Part shown: positions 18,718 through 31,549 of the stretch, one piece after another
How positions within the stretch are numbered: the stretch's first letter is position 1
How the letters are laid out: every line of letters starts with the position of its first letter
Assembly: GCA_026706735.1 (NCBI GenBank)
Contig: JAPOYD010000087.1
Span: 1 to 60,613, forward strand
Length of the DNA stretch: 60,613 nucleotides
Direction: 5' to 3'
Source of the DNA: Nitrospinota bacterium
GTDB taxonomy: Bacteria > UBA8248
Translations under genes and position numbers: made by a program
Notes under the pieces: model-generated
Seen by the model: only the letters and a program-made list of their open reading frames with translations
Told to the model about the DNA's origin: nothing
Database searches by the model: none

Positions 18718-19690
18718 GGCGTGAATCGCCACCCGCATCGCGGGAAGAAGAAGCTTTTTCTAAAGACAATACCCGATAATACAGCGATTTATGGGTGGAA
18801 AACAAGATGCCGCGTGAATTCGCGCGCTCGATGAAGCGTCCCGTGACTTCGCGAATCTCGCTTTGGCGGCCCCGCATCAAATCCTGCCACATGGAATTTC
18901 TGTTCCCGGCAGTGGCCCGCGCGGTTTCGCGAACGATCTCGAGAGCGTCGAGCGCCAAACCTTCCGCGTCGATGAGCGCCTGCAATTCCTTCGCCAGGGC
19001 GTCCACGAGCACCGCGGCGGACGGAGTTTCCAGCAACTCGCCGTTTCTGAGTTCGAGTGCGGCGCCCAGGGGGTTGATGACGGCGTTGGCTACCGCCTTC
19101 CTCCATTCCGCCTCTTTGCCGTCGCGTTTTTGGCGGACGCGAACCCCCAGGGGTTCAAGGAATTCCGCCAATCGCCTGACAAGCGGGGAGTCCTCGACTG
19201 CTCCCGGCTCGGGGGCCAGGGTGACGTCCAGCGCGCCGAACTGTTTCACGCGCCCCGGCTTCGTAATCTCCGCGCCCGTGCCCACGAGGCCCCGCACTAC
19301 CCCGCCTTCCCGGTAAGAGCGCGGGAGATCCTTGCAAACGTCCAGGCCGTTCGAGAAAACGGCCGCGATGGTTCCCTCCCCCGCCATACTTGAAAATTCC
19401 GCTGCCGCCGCTTCTACCCGCCCCGCCTTCACGGTGAAGAAAAGGTGCGAGGCTGTAATATCCACGGCTCCCCTGCACACTAGGGGTCGAACCGTATAGG
19501 CCGCCTCGCCGCGGACATTGACGCCGTCGCTCTCTATTTCATCGAGGTGCGCGGACGTATCGAGGCTCGGGGTCGCGGACCCCGCCAGATAAATTCTTCG
19601 CTCCGGGAGGTTTCTCTGCAGTTGTGCCGCCAGCATGGTTCCCACCGCACCGGAGCCTACGACGACGACGGGTCGGGTGTCCTCAGTCAA
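18692..19690 (-). CDS. panE: 2-dehydropantoate 2-reductase (PanE/ApbA family)
   Basis: VVGSGAVG Rossmann motif, TVKA, NGL, WRKAVANAVINPL, NRNSMWQDL, SEI; adjacent to panB. Confidence 0.9.
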   Translation of the reverse strand: MTEDTRPVVVVGSGAVGTMLAAQLQRNLPERRIYLAGSATPSLDTSAHLDEIESDGVNVRGEAAYTVRPLVCRGAVDITASHLFFTVKAGRVEAAAAEFSSMAGEGTIAAVFSNGLDVCKDLPRSYREGGVVRGLVGTGAEITKPGRVKQFGALDVTLAPEPGAVEDSPLVRRLAEFLEPLGVRVRQKRDGKEAEWRKAVANAVINPLGAALELRNGELLETPSAAVLVDALAKELQALIDAEGLALDALEIVRETARATAGNRNSMWQDLMRGRQSEIREVTGRFIERANSRGILFSTHKSLYYRVLSLEKASSSRDAGGDSRLDIEGGNS

Positions 19691-19700
19691 GTGATCGCGC

Positions 19701-20561
19701 CTAGCCGCCCAGGGAGCGCCAGAGGAGCAATACGCCCACGAAGATGAAGACGAAGGAGAGAAACACCTTCATCTTCTCGCCGTCGACGCGGTTGTTGATG
19801 AAGGGCGATATCTGCCCCCCGCAGGCGACTGCCGGGATCGTCATGAAGAGGATGTTCCAGTGCACGTTCACCTCGCCGGATGAGAACACGTAGGCGTGCA
19901 CCAGGGTGGCGGGCAGCACCGTCGCGAATACGATCAGGATCCCCGTTCCCACCGCCACGCGGACGGGCAGCTTGTCCTTCACGATCAGGGCGGTGGTCGT
20001 GAGCTCGCCGATGCCGATGCCCGTAAAACCCACGAGAATTCCCCCCAGGGCCGACCAGCCATGGCCGAAAGCCCCATGCTCGTAGCGATACCAGTACCTC
20101 CTGCCCGCCGCGTCCATGCGGGTGGGCTTCCCCGCGCCCTCCGCCTGTTCCGCTTCCTGGATTCCGCCCTGGAAAAAAGCGAAGAGCATGGCGGCGGAGA
20201 GAAGCACCATCATCCCGCCCAGCAGGCCGAGGATGAGCCCGGCGGGCACCGAATGGGCCAGAAAACCGAACGCCATGCCCACGGGGATGGACACGACAAG
20301 CACCTTTTTGGCGATGTCGTAATCCACCAGCCTTCTCCTCATGTAGCCGGTGAGCGCGCTGCCGAACCCGAAAATCTCGATGGAAAGCGCCAGAAAAACG
20401 GCCTCTAGGGGGACGATGGTGACACCCGCCGCCCAGGGGAAGAGGAGAATGAATATGGGTGCGAAGAAAACCGCGCCCTCCACGCTCGTGCTCGTCGCCG
20501 TGAGGCACACGCAAAACGCGACGGGCAGCATCCACCAGAACTCGAAAATGTATTCCATCAA
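19701..20561 (-). CDS. Sulfite exporter TauE/SafE family membrane protein
   Basis: About 8 TM helices; GAVFFAP, GFTGIGIGE and AVGTG repeat-type motifs of TauE. Confidence 0.75.
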   Translation of the reverse strand: MMEYIFEFWWMLPVAFCVCLTATSTSVEGAVFFAPIFILLFPWAAGVTIVPLEAVFLALSIEIFGFGSALTGYMRRRLVDYDIAKKVLVVSIPVGMAFGFLAHSVPAGLILGLLGGMMVLLSAAMLFAFFQGGIQEAEQAEGAGKPTRMDAAGRRYWYRYEHGAFGHGWSALGGILVGFTGIGIGELTTTALIVKDKLPVRVAVGTGILIVFATVLPATLVHAYVFSSGEVNVHWNILFMTIPAVACGGQISPFINNRVDGEKMKVFLSFVFIFVGVLLLWRSLGG

Positions 20562-20665
20562 GACGCCGGTCTTCCTTTATGACGAACTTATAAGAACCAG
20601 GATTCAGGTGAATCTTAAAAATCAGCTTGTTCAGACCTGAAACAGGATAGCGGCATGAAACGCCC

Positions 20666-21547
20666 TCAAGGGCCAACGCTCCCTCTGCGAACCGCCTCGC
20701 CCAAACGCACTGCCTCGACGGCCGCCCCCACGTCGTGGGTGCGAATCACGTCCGCCCCGCCGACCACGGCGAAGGCCTCGGCGACTTTCGAACCGATCAG
20801 CCGCTCCCCCGCCGCTTCGACGCCCGTGATCGCCCCGATGAAACTTTTTCTCGAAACACCGACGACCAGGGGACGGCCCAATTCTCTGAGCTCGCCCATC
20901 CGCCTTAGAATCTCGAGGTTGTGATCCCACGACTTTCCAAAACCGACACCCGGATCGACGAGAACCGAGCGTATGCCATCCCCCTCGGCCTGGCGCGCGC
21001 TCTTCCGGAGATAGCCTGACAACTCGCCCATGAGGTCCTCGTACTCGGGGTTTACCTGCATCGTGTGCGGCTCGCCCTTCATGTGCATGGCGACCGCCGC
21101 GGCGCCGTACTCGGCAATCACCGCGCGCATCCCGGGATCACGAAGGCCCGTGATGTCGTTCACGATGTGAACGCCCGCATCGAGTGCCGCCCGCGCCACG
21201 CCGGCCTTCGAGGTATCGACCGAGACGAGGGGGCCCTTGTCCAGATTCATCCGCTCCAGAATCGGGATGACCCGCCGGATTTCCTCCGCCTCGTCCACGC
21301 CCTGTGAGCCGGGCCGGGTGCTCTCGCCGCCGATGTCGATGACGTCGGCTCCTTCTTCCGTCATCCGCGCGATTTGCCCGAGCGCCGCCTCGAGGTCGAA
21401 GAATTCTCCGCCGTCGGAAAAGCTGTCGGGCGTGGCGTTCAAGACGCCCATGATGCGAACCTGCTCGAAACCAAGCACCCGCCCGCGACACTTCACGGCG
21501 GGCGCAGGAGTCCACTCCGCAGGCTCGAAGCGCAGGCCCTCTCTCAC
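20666..21547 (-). CDS. folP: Dihydropteroate synthase
   Basis: MGVLNATPDSFSDGG, DIGGESTRPG, DPGVGFGK, SRKSF, RTHDV. Confidence 0.97.
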   Translation of the reverse strand: MREGLRFEPAEWTPAPAVKCRGRVLGFEQVRIMGVLNATPDSFSDGGEFFDLEAALGQIARMTEEGADVIDIGGESTRPGSQGVDEAEEIRRVIPILERMNLDKGPLVSVDTSKAGVARAALDAGVHIVNDITGLRDPGMRAVIAEYGAAAVAMHMKGEPHTMQVNPEYEDLMGELSGYLRKSARQAEGDGIRSVLVDPGVGFGKSWDHNLEILRRMGELRELGRPLVVGVSRKSFIGAITGVEAAGERLIGSKVAEAFAVVGGADVIRTHDVGAAVEAVRLGEAVRRGSVGP

Positions 21548-22977
21548 GGGAGCGCCTCGGGGGGAAACGCGCTGCCGCTCTCCACGATTCGCTCCTCGCT
21601 CACCCAGCGGCGCCTGAGTTCGCCGGCCAGGAACATCGACCCCGTGATGATGAGGAGGTCGTTCTCCCCCGCCTCGTCGAGCGCCTCATGGAGCGCCCGC
21701 CATGCGTCGACGCGCGTCTCCACGCCGCAGGCCCCCGCCTCTTCGAGCGCGCGCGCAAATACTTCCGGCGCAAGGCCGGGTCTGGGTGCGCTTGCCGGAG
21801 GAAGCGTGACGAAAAATTTATTTCCTGCAGAAGCGAGCACGCCCGCCATCCCGGCAAAATCCTTGTCGTTCACCGCCCCGAGAACGAAAATGAGGCGCTC
21901 GAACGTCCAGCCCGAGACGCCCGCTATCAGCGCCTGCGCCTTGTCCCGGTTGTGCGCGCCGTCGAGCAGAACGCGCGGGGCGGTCTGCGCCAACTCCATC
22001 CGGCACGGCAGGCGCGCCGAGGCGACGCCCCATCGCACCTCCCGATCGTCCAGCCCCAGGAGCCGGCCCGCCCCGGCGGCGAGGCTCGCGTTTTCGGCCT
22101 GGTGGGCGCCGGGCATGGGGGTTGTGAAACCCTCCCACTTGACGCCGTCGTCGAACGCCAGATCGAAAAAAGCGCCGTCGGAGCTTAAGTCCAGGTTCTC
22201 GACGCGGGGTGGAGGAAACAAGCCGGCTCCGCGCTCAAGAGCGACGCGCTCGATCTCAGCGCGCGCATCGGGCGAAACGATTTGCGAGATGACGCGGCCT
22301 CGCTCCGTGATGATGCCGGCCTTGTCACGCGCAATCTGGGCGACGGAATCGCCGAGCAGATCGGTGTGATCCAGGCCGATCGAGGTGACCACGTCGAGGA
22401 CGGCGGGACCTACGGCGTTCGTGGCGTCGAACGCACCGCCCAGCCCCGCTTCCAGAACGAGGTATTCACACTCTTCCTCCCTGGCCATCAAAAGCAAAAG
22501 CGCGAGCGTCGACTCGAAAAACGAGGGCGGCCCGAACTCGGGCTCTCCCGCCATCTGCGCGGCGGCATCGGCGAGCTCTTTCGCGCATCGGCCGATGAGG
22601 CCGGCTTCGGCGAAGCGGCCCCGAATCCAGAAACGCTCGATTATCGAGGTGAGGTGGGGCGAGAAAAAAGCCGCGGTTCTCCTGCCCGACGCCAGGAGTG
22701 CCTGCGCTATCATGAGCGCGGTGGAGCCTTTCCCGCTCGTTCCCACGACGTGGACGACCGACTGCCCCGCCGCCGGGACTTCGAGGATTTCATACAAGCG
22801 CGCGGCCCGGGTGAGCCCGGGACCTTCCACCCTGATGCCGCGAGGGTCGAAACGCGTGCGCCATGATTTCTTGGGAAGCGCGGCCAGGGCGTTTAGAAAA
22901 ACCTCCACGCGCCGCAGCGTCTCTATGGGAGCGAGGGAATCTTCCAGAACGGGAGGGGCGAGGATATTTTGGGGCAT
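21544..22977 (-). CDS. folC: Folylpolyglutamate/dihydrofolate synthase
   Basis: HVVGTSGKGS, SPHL, EAGLGG..DATN, IGLDH, DKAGI, LDGAHN; adjacent to folP. Confidence 0.92.
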   Translation of the reverse strand: MPQNILAPPVLEDSLAPIETLRRVEVFLNALAALPKKSWRTRFDPRGIRVEGPGLTRAARLYEILEVPAAGQSVVHVVGTSGKGSTALMIAQALLASGRRTAAFFSPHLTSIIERFWIRGRFAEAGLIGRCAKELADAAAQMAGEPEFGPPSFFESTLALLLLMAREEECEYLVLEAGLGGAFDATNAVGPAVLDVVTSIGLDHTDLLGDSVAQIARDKAGIITERGRVISQIVSPDARAEIERVALERGAGLFPPPRVENLDLSSDGAFFDLAFDDGVKWEGFTTPMPGAHQAENASLAAGAGRLLGLDDREVRWGVASARLPCRMELAQTAPRVLLDGAHNRDKAQALIAGVSGWTFERLIFVLGAVNDKDFAGMAGVLASAGNKFFVTLPPASAPRPGLAPEVFARALEEAGACGVETRVDAWRALHEALDEAGENDLLIITGSMFLAGELRRRWVSEERIVESGSAFPPEALP

Positions 22978-22978
22978 C

Positions 22979-24520
<1,542 letters not shown>

Positions 24521-24523
24521 GGG

Positions 24524-25768
24524 TTATGCTTCCTCCCGGCGCACTTCGTATCCTTCCTGCAGCAGAAGCTGTATCAGTTGCTCGAGATGCTCGCGCCCGC
24601 GCACCTCCATGTGGAGGGTCGAGAGGGTATGGTTGATGGGCACTTCCGTCGAAAGCCTGTCGTGCTCGATGTGGATGATGTTCACCCGGCAATCGGCCAC
24701 GATTTTCGAAAGACGCATGAGCGCGCCGGGCGCATCGTGCAGCGGCACCTGAATCCGCGCGTAGCGGTTCGCGAGGGCCAGCCCCTTCCCGATAATGCGC
24801 GAGAGCAGGTTGACGTCCAGGTTCCCGCCGCTGATCAGCGCGACCACCTTGCCGCTCACCCTGGTTTTCCTCTCGATGAGCGCCGCGAGGGAGGAGGCGC
24901 CCGCCGCCTCGCTCAGCATCCGTTCGCGCTCCAGGAGTCCCAGAATGGCGTTGGCCATCGCATCGTCCGAGACCGAGACCACCTGATCCACCAGGTCCTG
25001 AATCAGGGGAAAACAAAGTTCCCCGTTTCTCTTGACGGCAATGCCGTCCGCAATCGTCTGGACCGTCTTCGACTCGACGATTCTCCCCGCATCGAGCGAG
25101 CGCATGAGCGCCGCAGCGCCCTCCGCCACCACGCCGATGATGCGCACGTCGGGTTTTCGGGTTTTCACCACCGCGGCGAGGCCCGAGATGAGGCCGCCGC
25201 CGCCGACGGGGACGAGGATGGTCCCTGCGTCGGGCACATCTTCGAGTATCTCGATGCCCAGCGTGCCCTGGCCCGCGATGACGTCGGGGTGATCGAAAGG
25301 CGGTATCATCGTAAGACCGCGATCTTCCTCGTAGGCGCGCGCGCGCGCATAGGCGTCATCGAAGGATGCGCCGAACAGCTCGGTTTCAGCGCCCAGGGCC
25401 CGCACGGCGTCGAGCTTGGTGTTCGGCGTGGCTTCGGGCATCACCACAAGTGCCCTGACGCCCAACTGCTTGGCCGCAAAGGCCACACCCTGGGCGTGGT
25501 TTCCCGCGCTCGCGGTCACGACGCCCCACTGCAATTGCGCGGGTTCGAGTTTTTGGAGCGCGTACAGGGCGCCGCGCACCTTGAACGAACCCGTCCGCTG
25601 AAAATTTTCCGGCTTGAGAAATACCTCGACCCCCAACTGCTCGGAGAAATTCTCGCTGAGACGCGCGGGGGTCGGCCTCAAATGAGGAGATATCGCCTCC
25701 GCCGCCTGTGCCGCCTCGGCGGCAATGAGCGTTGGTTCCAGCGCTTTTTGTGATACCTGGGATTCCAT
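24524..25768 (-). CDS. ilvA: Threonine ammonia-lyase with single C-terminal ACT domain
   Basis: KPENFQRTGSFKVRGA (PLP Lys), SAGNHAQG, PVGGGGL, SGGN, ACT motif DAPGAL; start approximate. Confidence 0.9.
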   Translation of the reverse strand: MESQVSQKALEPTLIAAEAAQAAEAISPHLRPTPARLSENFSEQLGVEVFLKPENFQRTGSFKVRGALYALQKLEPAQLQWGVVTASAGNHAQGVAFAAKQLGVRALVVMPEATPNTKLDAVRALGAETELFGASFDDAYARARAYEEDRGLTMIPPFDHPDVIAGQGTLGIEILEDVPDAGTILVPVGGGGLISGLAAVVKTRKPDVRIIGVVAEGAAALMRSLDAGRIVESKTVQTIADGIAVKRNGELCFPLIQDLVDQVVSVSDDAMANAILGLLERERMLSEAAGASSLAALIERKTRVSGKVVALISGGNLDVNLLSRIIGKGLALANRYARIQVPLHDAPGALMRLSKIVADCRVNIIHIEHDRLSTEVPINHTLSTLHMEVRGREHLEQLIQLLLQEGYEVRREEA

Positions 25769-25922
25769 GCGCAAGTGTTTTCCCTTGTTCTGTTTGAGCC
25801 GAAAAAAGCGCCCCTTACCGCCCCGACGCTCGCCCCTCGAACGGCCACCCCCTATCCGTAGATCGGGAGACACGAGGCGGGCGTTTTCGCGGCCTGCGGA
25901 GCGCACGCTTGATTACATATCG

Positions 25923-26288
<366 letters not shown>

Positions 26289-26363
26289 AGATATTTCATA
26301 CTCCAGCGCCATTGCCGGCACAACCGGCGGCAGACAAGCGGCGTGGCGCCCGCATGGGCCTCT

Positions 26364-26777
26364 TCAATCCATCCCGCCGTCGATGGCGCGATTGGCGGCG
26401 GCATCGGCCGCCGTGTTCTCGCCGCGGCGCACATGGCGCACCTCAATGGAGCCGATCCTCTTGGCCGCTTCCCTCGCCCGCTCATACAAGGGCTTGAGGG
26501 CCTTGTTCCTGACCCGGTACTCACCGCTCCACTGGCGAGCCATGAGTTCGGAGTCCGTCACGACTTCCACGCTCTCGGCGCCGAGCTTCACGGCGCGCTC
26601 CAGACCCAGCAAAAACGCCTGGTATTCCGCCACGTTGTTCGTCGCCGTGCCCAGATACCTGGTTTCCTCCGCCACGCAATTGCCCGCATCGTCATACAAA
26701 AGAGCGGCGGCGCCCGCAGGACCCGGATTTCCCCGCGCGGCGCCATCGGTATGAATCCGCAGGTGACCCGCCTTCAT
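26364..26777 (-). CDS. rnhA: Ribonuclease HI (short archaeal/actinobacterial-like type)
   Basis: TDGAARGNPG, TNNVAEY, DSEL, N..AD..AN; the acidic catalytic residues are intact. Confidence 0.9.
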   Translation of the reverse strand: MKAGHLRIHTDGAARGNPGPAGAAALLYDDAGNCVAEETRYLGTATNNVAEYQAFLLGLERAVKLGAESVEVVTDSELMARQWSGEYRVRNKALKPLYERAREAAKRIGSIEVRHVRRGENTAADAAANRAIDGGMD

Positions 26778-27526
26778 TCCTCGTCCACCGCCGGCAGGCT
26801 CAACTCCACGCTCTCACCCTCTTCGTGGTAGTAGAGGATGCGCTTGCAATTCGAGCACGTGTAAATCCTGTCCTCAGAATCCCTGATCTCCAGAAATCGC
26901 TTGATGGTTTCCGCCATGCGGCAACCCTGGCAAGTTCGATTAACGACGGCGCAAACAGCCAGCCCCTTCCGGGATTTTCTCAGGCCCTGGTAGCGCTTCA
27001 GCCACTCCTCGCTCACGCCGCCTGCGAGGGTTTTCGACTTATCGACCAGCCCGGCTAATTCACGCTCGAAATCCACCCGGTGGTTTTCATATTTCTTCAC
27101 CTCGCCCTGCACCTTGCCCCGGGCCGTTTCCAGTTCACCGCGCGCGCCGGCTAGCTTCTCCTCGTGCGCCGGCATGCTCTCCATGATCTCGAGAACGGTA
27201 TCCTCAAGAGCGCTGATCCGGTTCTGATACCCCTCGATCTCCGCACCCAGGGCGCGGTATTCCTCGTTCGTCTTGACGAGTGTCTGCTTGCCGCGCGTGT
27301 CTCTCAGCTTCTGATCGAAGGATTGAATTTCGCCCTCCGCTTCGCGCAATTTTTTCCTGGCGGCTTCCACTTCCCGCTCGAGTTGCGCAACGGACGACTC
27401 GAAGCCCGTCAAATACCGCTCTTCCTTCTCGATGGATGCGGGAATTCTGGAAATCGCATCACGGCATTGATCCATCTGGACGTCTATCGCCTGAAGCTCC
27501 ATCAAGGCCGCCAGTTCCGGGTGCAC
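26774..27526 (-). CDS. Coiled-coil C4-type zinc-ribbon protein (DUF164/CT398/HP0958 family)
   Basis: LQAID N-terminus, long coiled coil, CQGC...CSNCKRILY. Confidence 0.88.
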   Translation of the reverse strand: MHPELAALMELQAIDVQMDQCRDAISRIPASIEKEERYLTGFESSVAQLEREVEAARKKLREAEGEIQSFDQKLRDTRGKQTLVKTNEEYRALGAEIEGYQNRISALEDTVLEIMESMPAHEEKLAGARGELETARGKVQGEVKKYENHRVDFERELAGLVDKSKTLAGGVSEEWLKRYQGLRKSRKGLAVCAVVNRTCQGCRMAETIKRFLEIRDSEDRIYTCSNCKRILYYHEEGESVELSLPAVDEE

Positions 27527-27571
27527 TACGTCATGCTCCTCGCATCGTCAGGATATCAACCAGAAATCGCG

Positions 27572-27646
27572 TGGTGGGCCCACCTGGATTCGAACCAAGG
27601 ACCAGCCGGTTATGAGCCGGCGGCTCTACCGCTGAGCTATGGGCCC
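27572..27646 (-). tRNA. tRNA with CAT anticodon, probably tRNA-Ile2 (lysidine-modified)
   Basis: GGGCCCATAGCTCAGCGGTAGAGCCGCCGGCTCATAACCGGCTGGTCCTTGGTTCGAATCCAGGTGGGCCCACCA forms a cloverleaf with encoded CCA. It lacks initiator features; sequence type and position after rpoD resemble ileX. Confidence 0.92.
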
Positions 27647-27773
27647 GATAGCAACGCGACCGTCAAGAGGGACGCATCGGGAGATCGGTGCGTCCTCCGC
27701 CTCGGGCGCCGCCCGTTCGCTGTGCATATATGGCCCCGCGCGCGTTCAATGTCAATCGCGCGAGGTTTTCGGC

Positions 27774-29555
<1,782 letters not shown>

Positions 29556-29632
29556 TGTCACTCTCCTCTTCATCCGGCCAGACAGCCCGGCCACTGCGAA
29601 TCTATAAAAACGCGAATACCCTCAAAAACGCT

Positions 29633-31519
29633 TCAACGCGGAGAGGCCGCTCGCTGCCGCTCGCGCAAAAGCGCGTTTTTCCGCTCCAGGAGTTTCCACA
29701 TTTCAGCGGAATCCTCCCCCTCTTCCTTGCGCGTCTGCTCGATGCGCTTCATCAAATCCTCTTCCGTCTTCCGGCGGCGGCGCTCCTTGAGCCTCTCGAT
29801 ACAATCGAAAAGTTCCGCCTCGACTTCTTCGGGTTCCACCTCCACGACGGCCAACTCCACCACCAGGGCGCGTGCGGCAGCGCTCTCCAGCCTGTCTGCA
29901 ATGGAAGCCGCCGTGAGCGAGGCCGCATCCTGGGATTTCATAAGGGAGAGGACCTCGTTTACCGCCTCGTCGGTCATCAGTTCGTCGGGCACCTCGGACG
30001 CCAACTCCGGCTTCATGAGCAAGAGCTGCAAGGCGTCCGTCTCGAATTTTGGACGCTCAAGGTTCTCGCCCAACAGATCGACCTTTTTTTCTTCTCCCCG
30101 GGGCGAACTTTCCCGGGCGTTTTCCGCCAGCAACCTCCTCACCATGGCCGTCAGCGTGGGATATGGAATCCCGAGCTGATCTTCCACCAATGCCAAATAT
30201 TGGTCCTGAACGCTGCGGTGGCAAGCCCCGAGTATGGGCAAAAGCCGCTGGATGGCCTCGATTTTCTCGGCCTGGCTCGCGCCCGCGGCGATTCCGGCCA
30301 TCGCGGTCCGGACGGTGTTCTCCAAGATGCCCTCCGCGTCGGCGAGGAGCTGATCGAAGTCATCCGCTCCGTTTTCTCCCAAAAACGTATCGACGTCGCG
30401 CCCCTCGGGCAGGTTCACCACCTTGAGGCGCACGGCGCCCGCACCGTCGCGGTCGATGAAATTCTTGCGCAGCACGTCGCTGGCCACGAGCAGATCGGGC
30501 GCGCCCGCGAGGCCGAGCATCCGCCCCGCCACCGAACCCGCACGCTCCGAAGCCGCGAGACCCGCGGCATCGGGATCAAAGACGAACACGAGTTCCTCGG
30601 CGTGCGCCCGCAGGCTCCTGATGTGCTCGGCGGTCAGAGCCGTGCCGAGAGGCGCCACGGCCTCCCGGAACCCGTGCCGCCAAAGCGATATGACGTCGAA
30701 ATATCCCTCCGTCACCAGGACGCGCTTTTTCTCGCGAATCGCCTCCCTGCCCTCATAAAAGCCATACAGCGTCCTGCCCTTCCTGAAGAGCGCCGTATCC
30801 GGTGAATTCACGTATTTCGCGGTGGCGTGGCGGGAATCGCTGTCGGGCAGCGAACGCCCGCCGAAGCCCACAATCTCGCCCTCGTGGTTGCGGATGGGGA
30901 ACATGATGCGGTCTCTGAAGCGATCGTAAAACCCGCTCCCGTCTTCGCGCCGCACCGCGAGGCCCGCCTCCGCGAGGTCACCGGGAGACACCCCCCTTTT
31001 GCCCGCCGCCTTGATGAGGGCGTCCCAGCGCGGGGGGGCGAATCCGACTCGAAACCTGTCGAGGGCGTCATCCGTAACGCCGCGCTCCTCCAGATACTTA
31101 CGGCCCCGCTCGCCCGGATTGCTCTCGAGCGCCGCCCGGAAGAAATCGGCCGCCAGGCGATTCGCAGCCAGCATCTTCTGGCGCGCGTCGGGCTTCTGGG
31201 GACTCCGCTCCCCCGAACCCTCATAGCGGGATAGATCGATTCCCTGGCGCTTCGCCAGACGCGAGAGCGCCTCGGGGAAAGTCATCCCCTCGTGCTGCAT
31301 CAGGAACTGAAAGACGTTGCCCCCCGCCCCGCAGCCGAAGCACTTGTAGATGCCCATGCGCGGGTTCACGTTGAACGAAGGCGTCTTCTCGTCATGGAAC
31401 GGACAGAGGCCCTTGTAGTTCGTCCCCGCTTTCTTGAGGCGCACGAACTCGCCGACGACGTCTTCAATCGGAGCGCCGTCCCTTATCTGATCGACCACCT
31501 CTTCAGGCACTCGTCCCAT
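29633..31519 (-). CDS. dnaG: DNA primase
   Basis: CPFHDEKTPSF...CFGC zinc finger, DRFRDRIMFPI, KYVNSP, EGYFDV TOPRIM motif. Confidence 0.97.
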   Translation of the reverse strand: MGRVPEEVVDQIRDGAPIEDVVGEFVRLKKAGTNYKGLCPFHDEKTPSFNVNPRMGIYKCFGCGAGGNVFQFLMQHEGMTFPEALSRLAKRQGIDLSRYEGSGERSPQKPDARQKMLAANRLAADFFRAALESNPGERGRKYLEERGVTDDALDRFRVGFAPPRWDALIKAAGKRGVSPGDLAEAGLAVRREDGSGFYDRFRDRIMFPIRNHEGEIVGFGGRSLPDSDSRHATAKYVNSPDTALFRKGRTLYGFYEGREAIREKKRVLVTEGYFDVISLWRHGFREAVAPLGTALTAEHIRSLRAHAEELVFVFDPDAAGLAASERAGSVAGRMLGLAGAPDLLVASDVLRKNFIDRDGAGAVRLKVVNLPEGRDVDTFLGENGADDFDQLLADAEGILENTVRTAMAGIAAGASQAEKIEAIQRLLPILGACHRSVQDQYLALVEDQLGIPYPTLTAMVRRLLAENARESSPRGEEKKVDLLGENLERPKFETDALQLLLMKPELASEVPDELMTDEAVNEVLSLMKSQDAASLTAASIADRLESAAARALVVELAVVEVEPEEVEAELFDCIERLKERRRRKTEEDLMKRIEQTRKEEGEDSAEMWKLLERKNALLRERQRAASPR

Positions 31520-31549
31520 TCGCACATCCTCATCCCGAAAAGCAAAACA

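Noticed and set aside
27725-27755. Promoter for the CAT tRNA
   Set aside because: TTGACA is present but the -10 candidates at 17-18 bp (CATATA, ATATAT) are poor matches.
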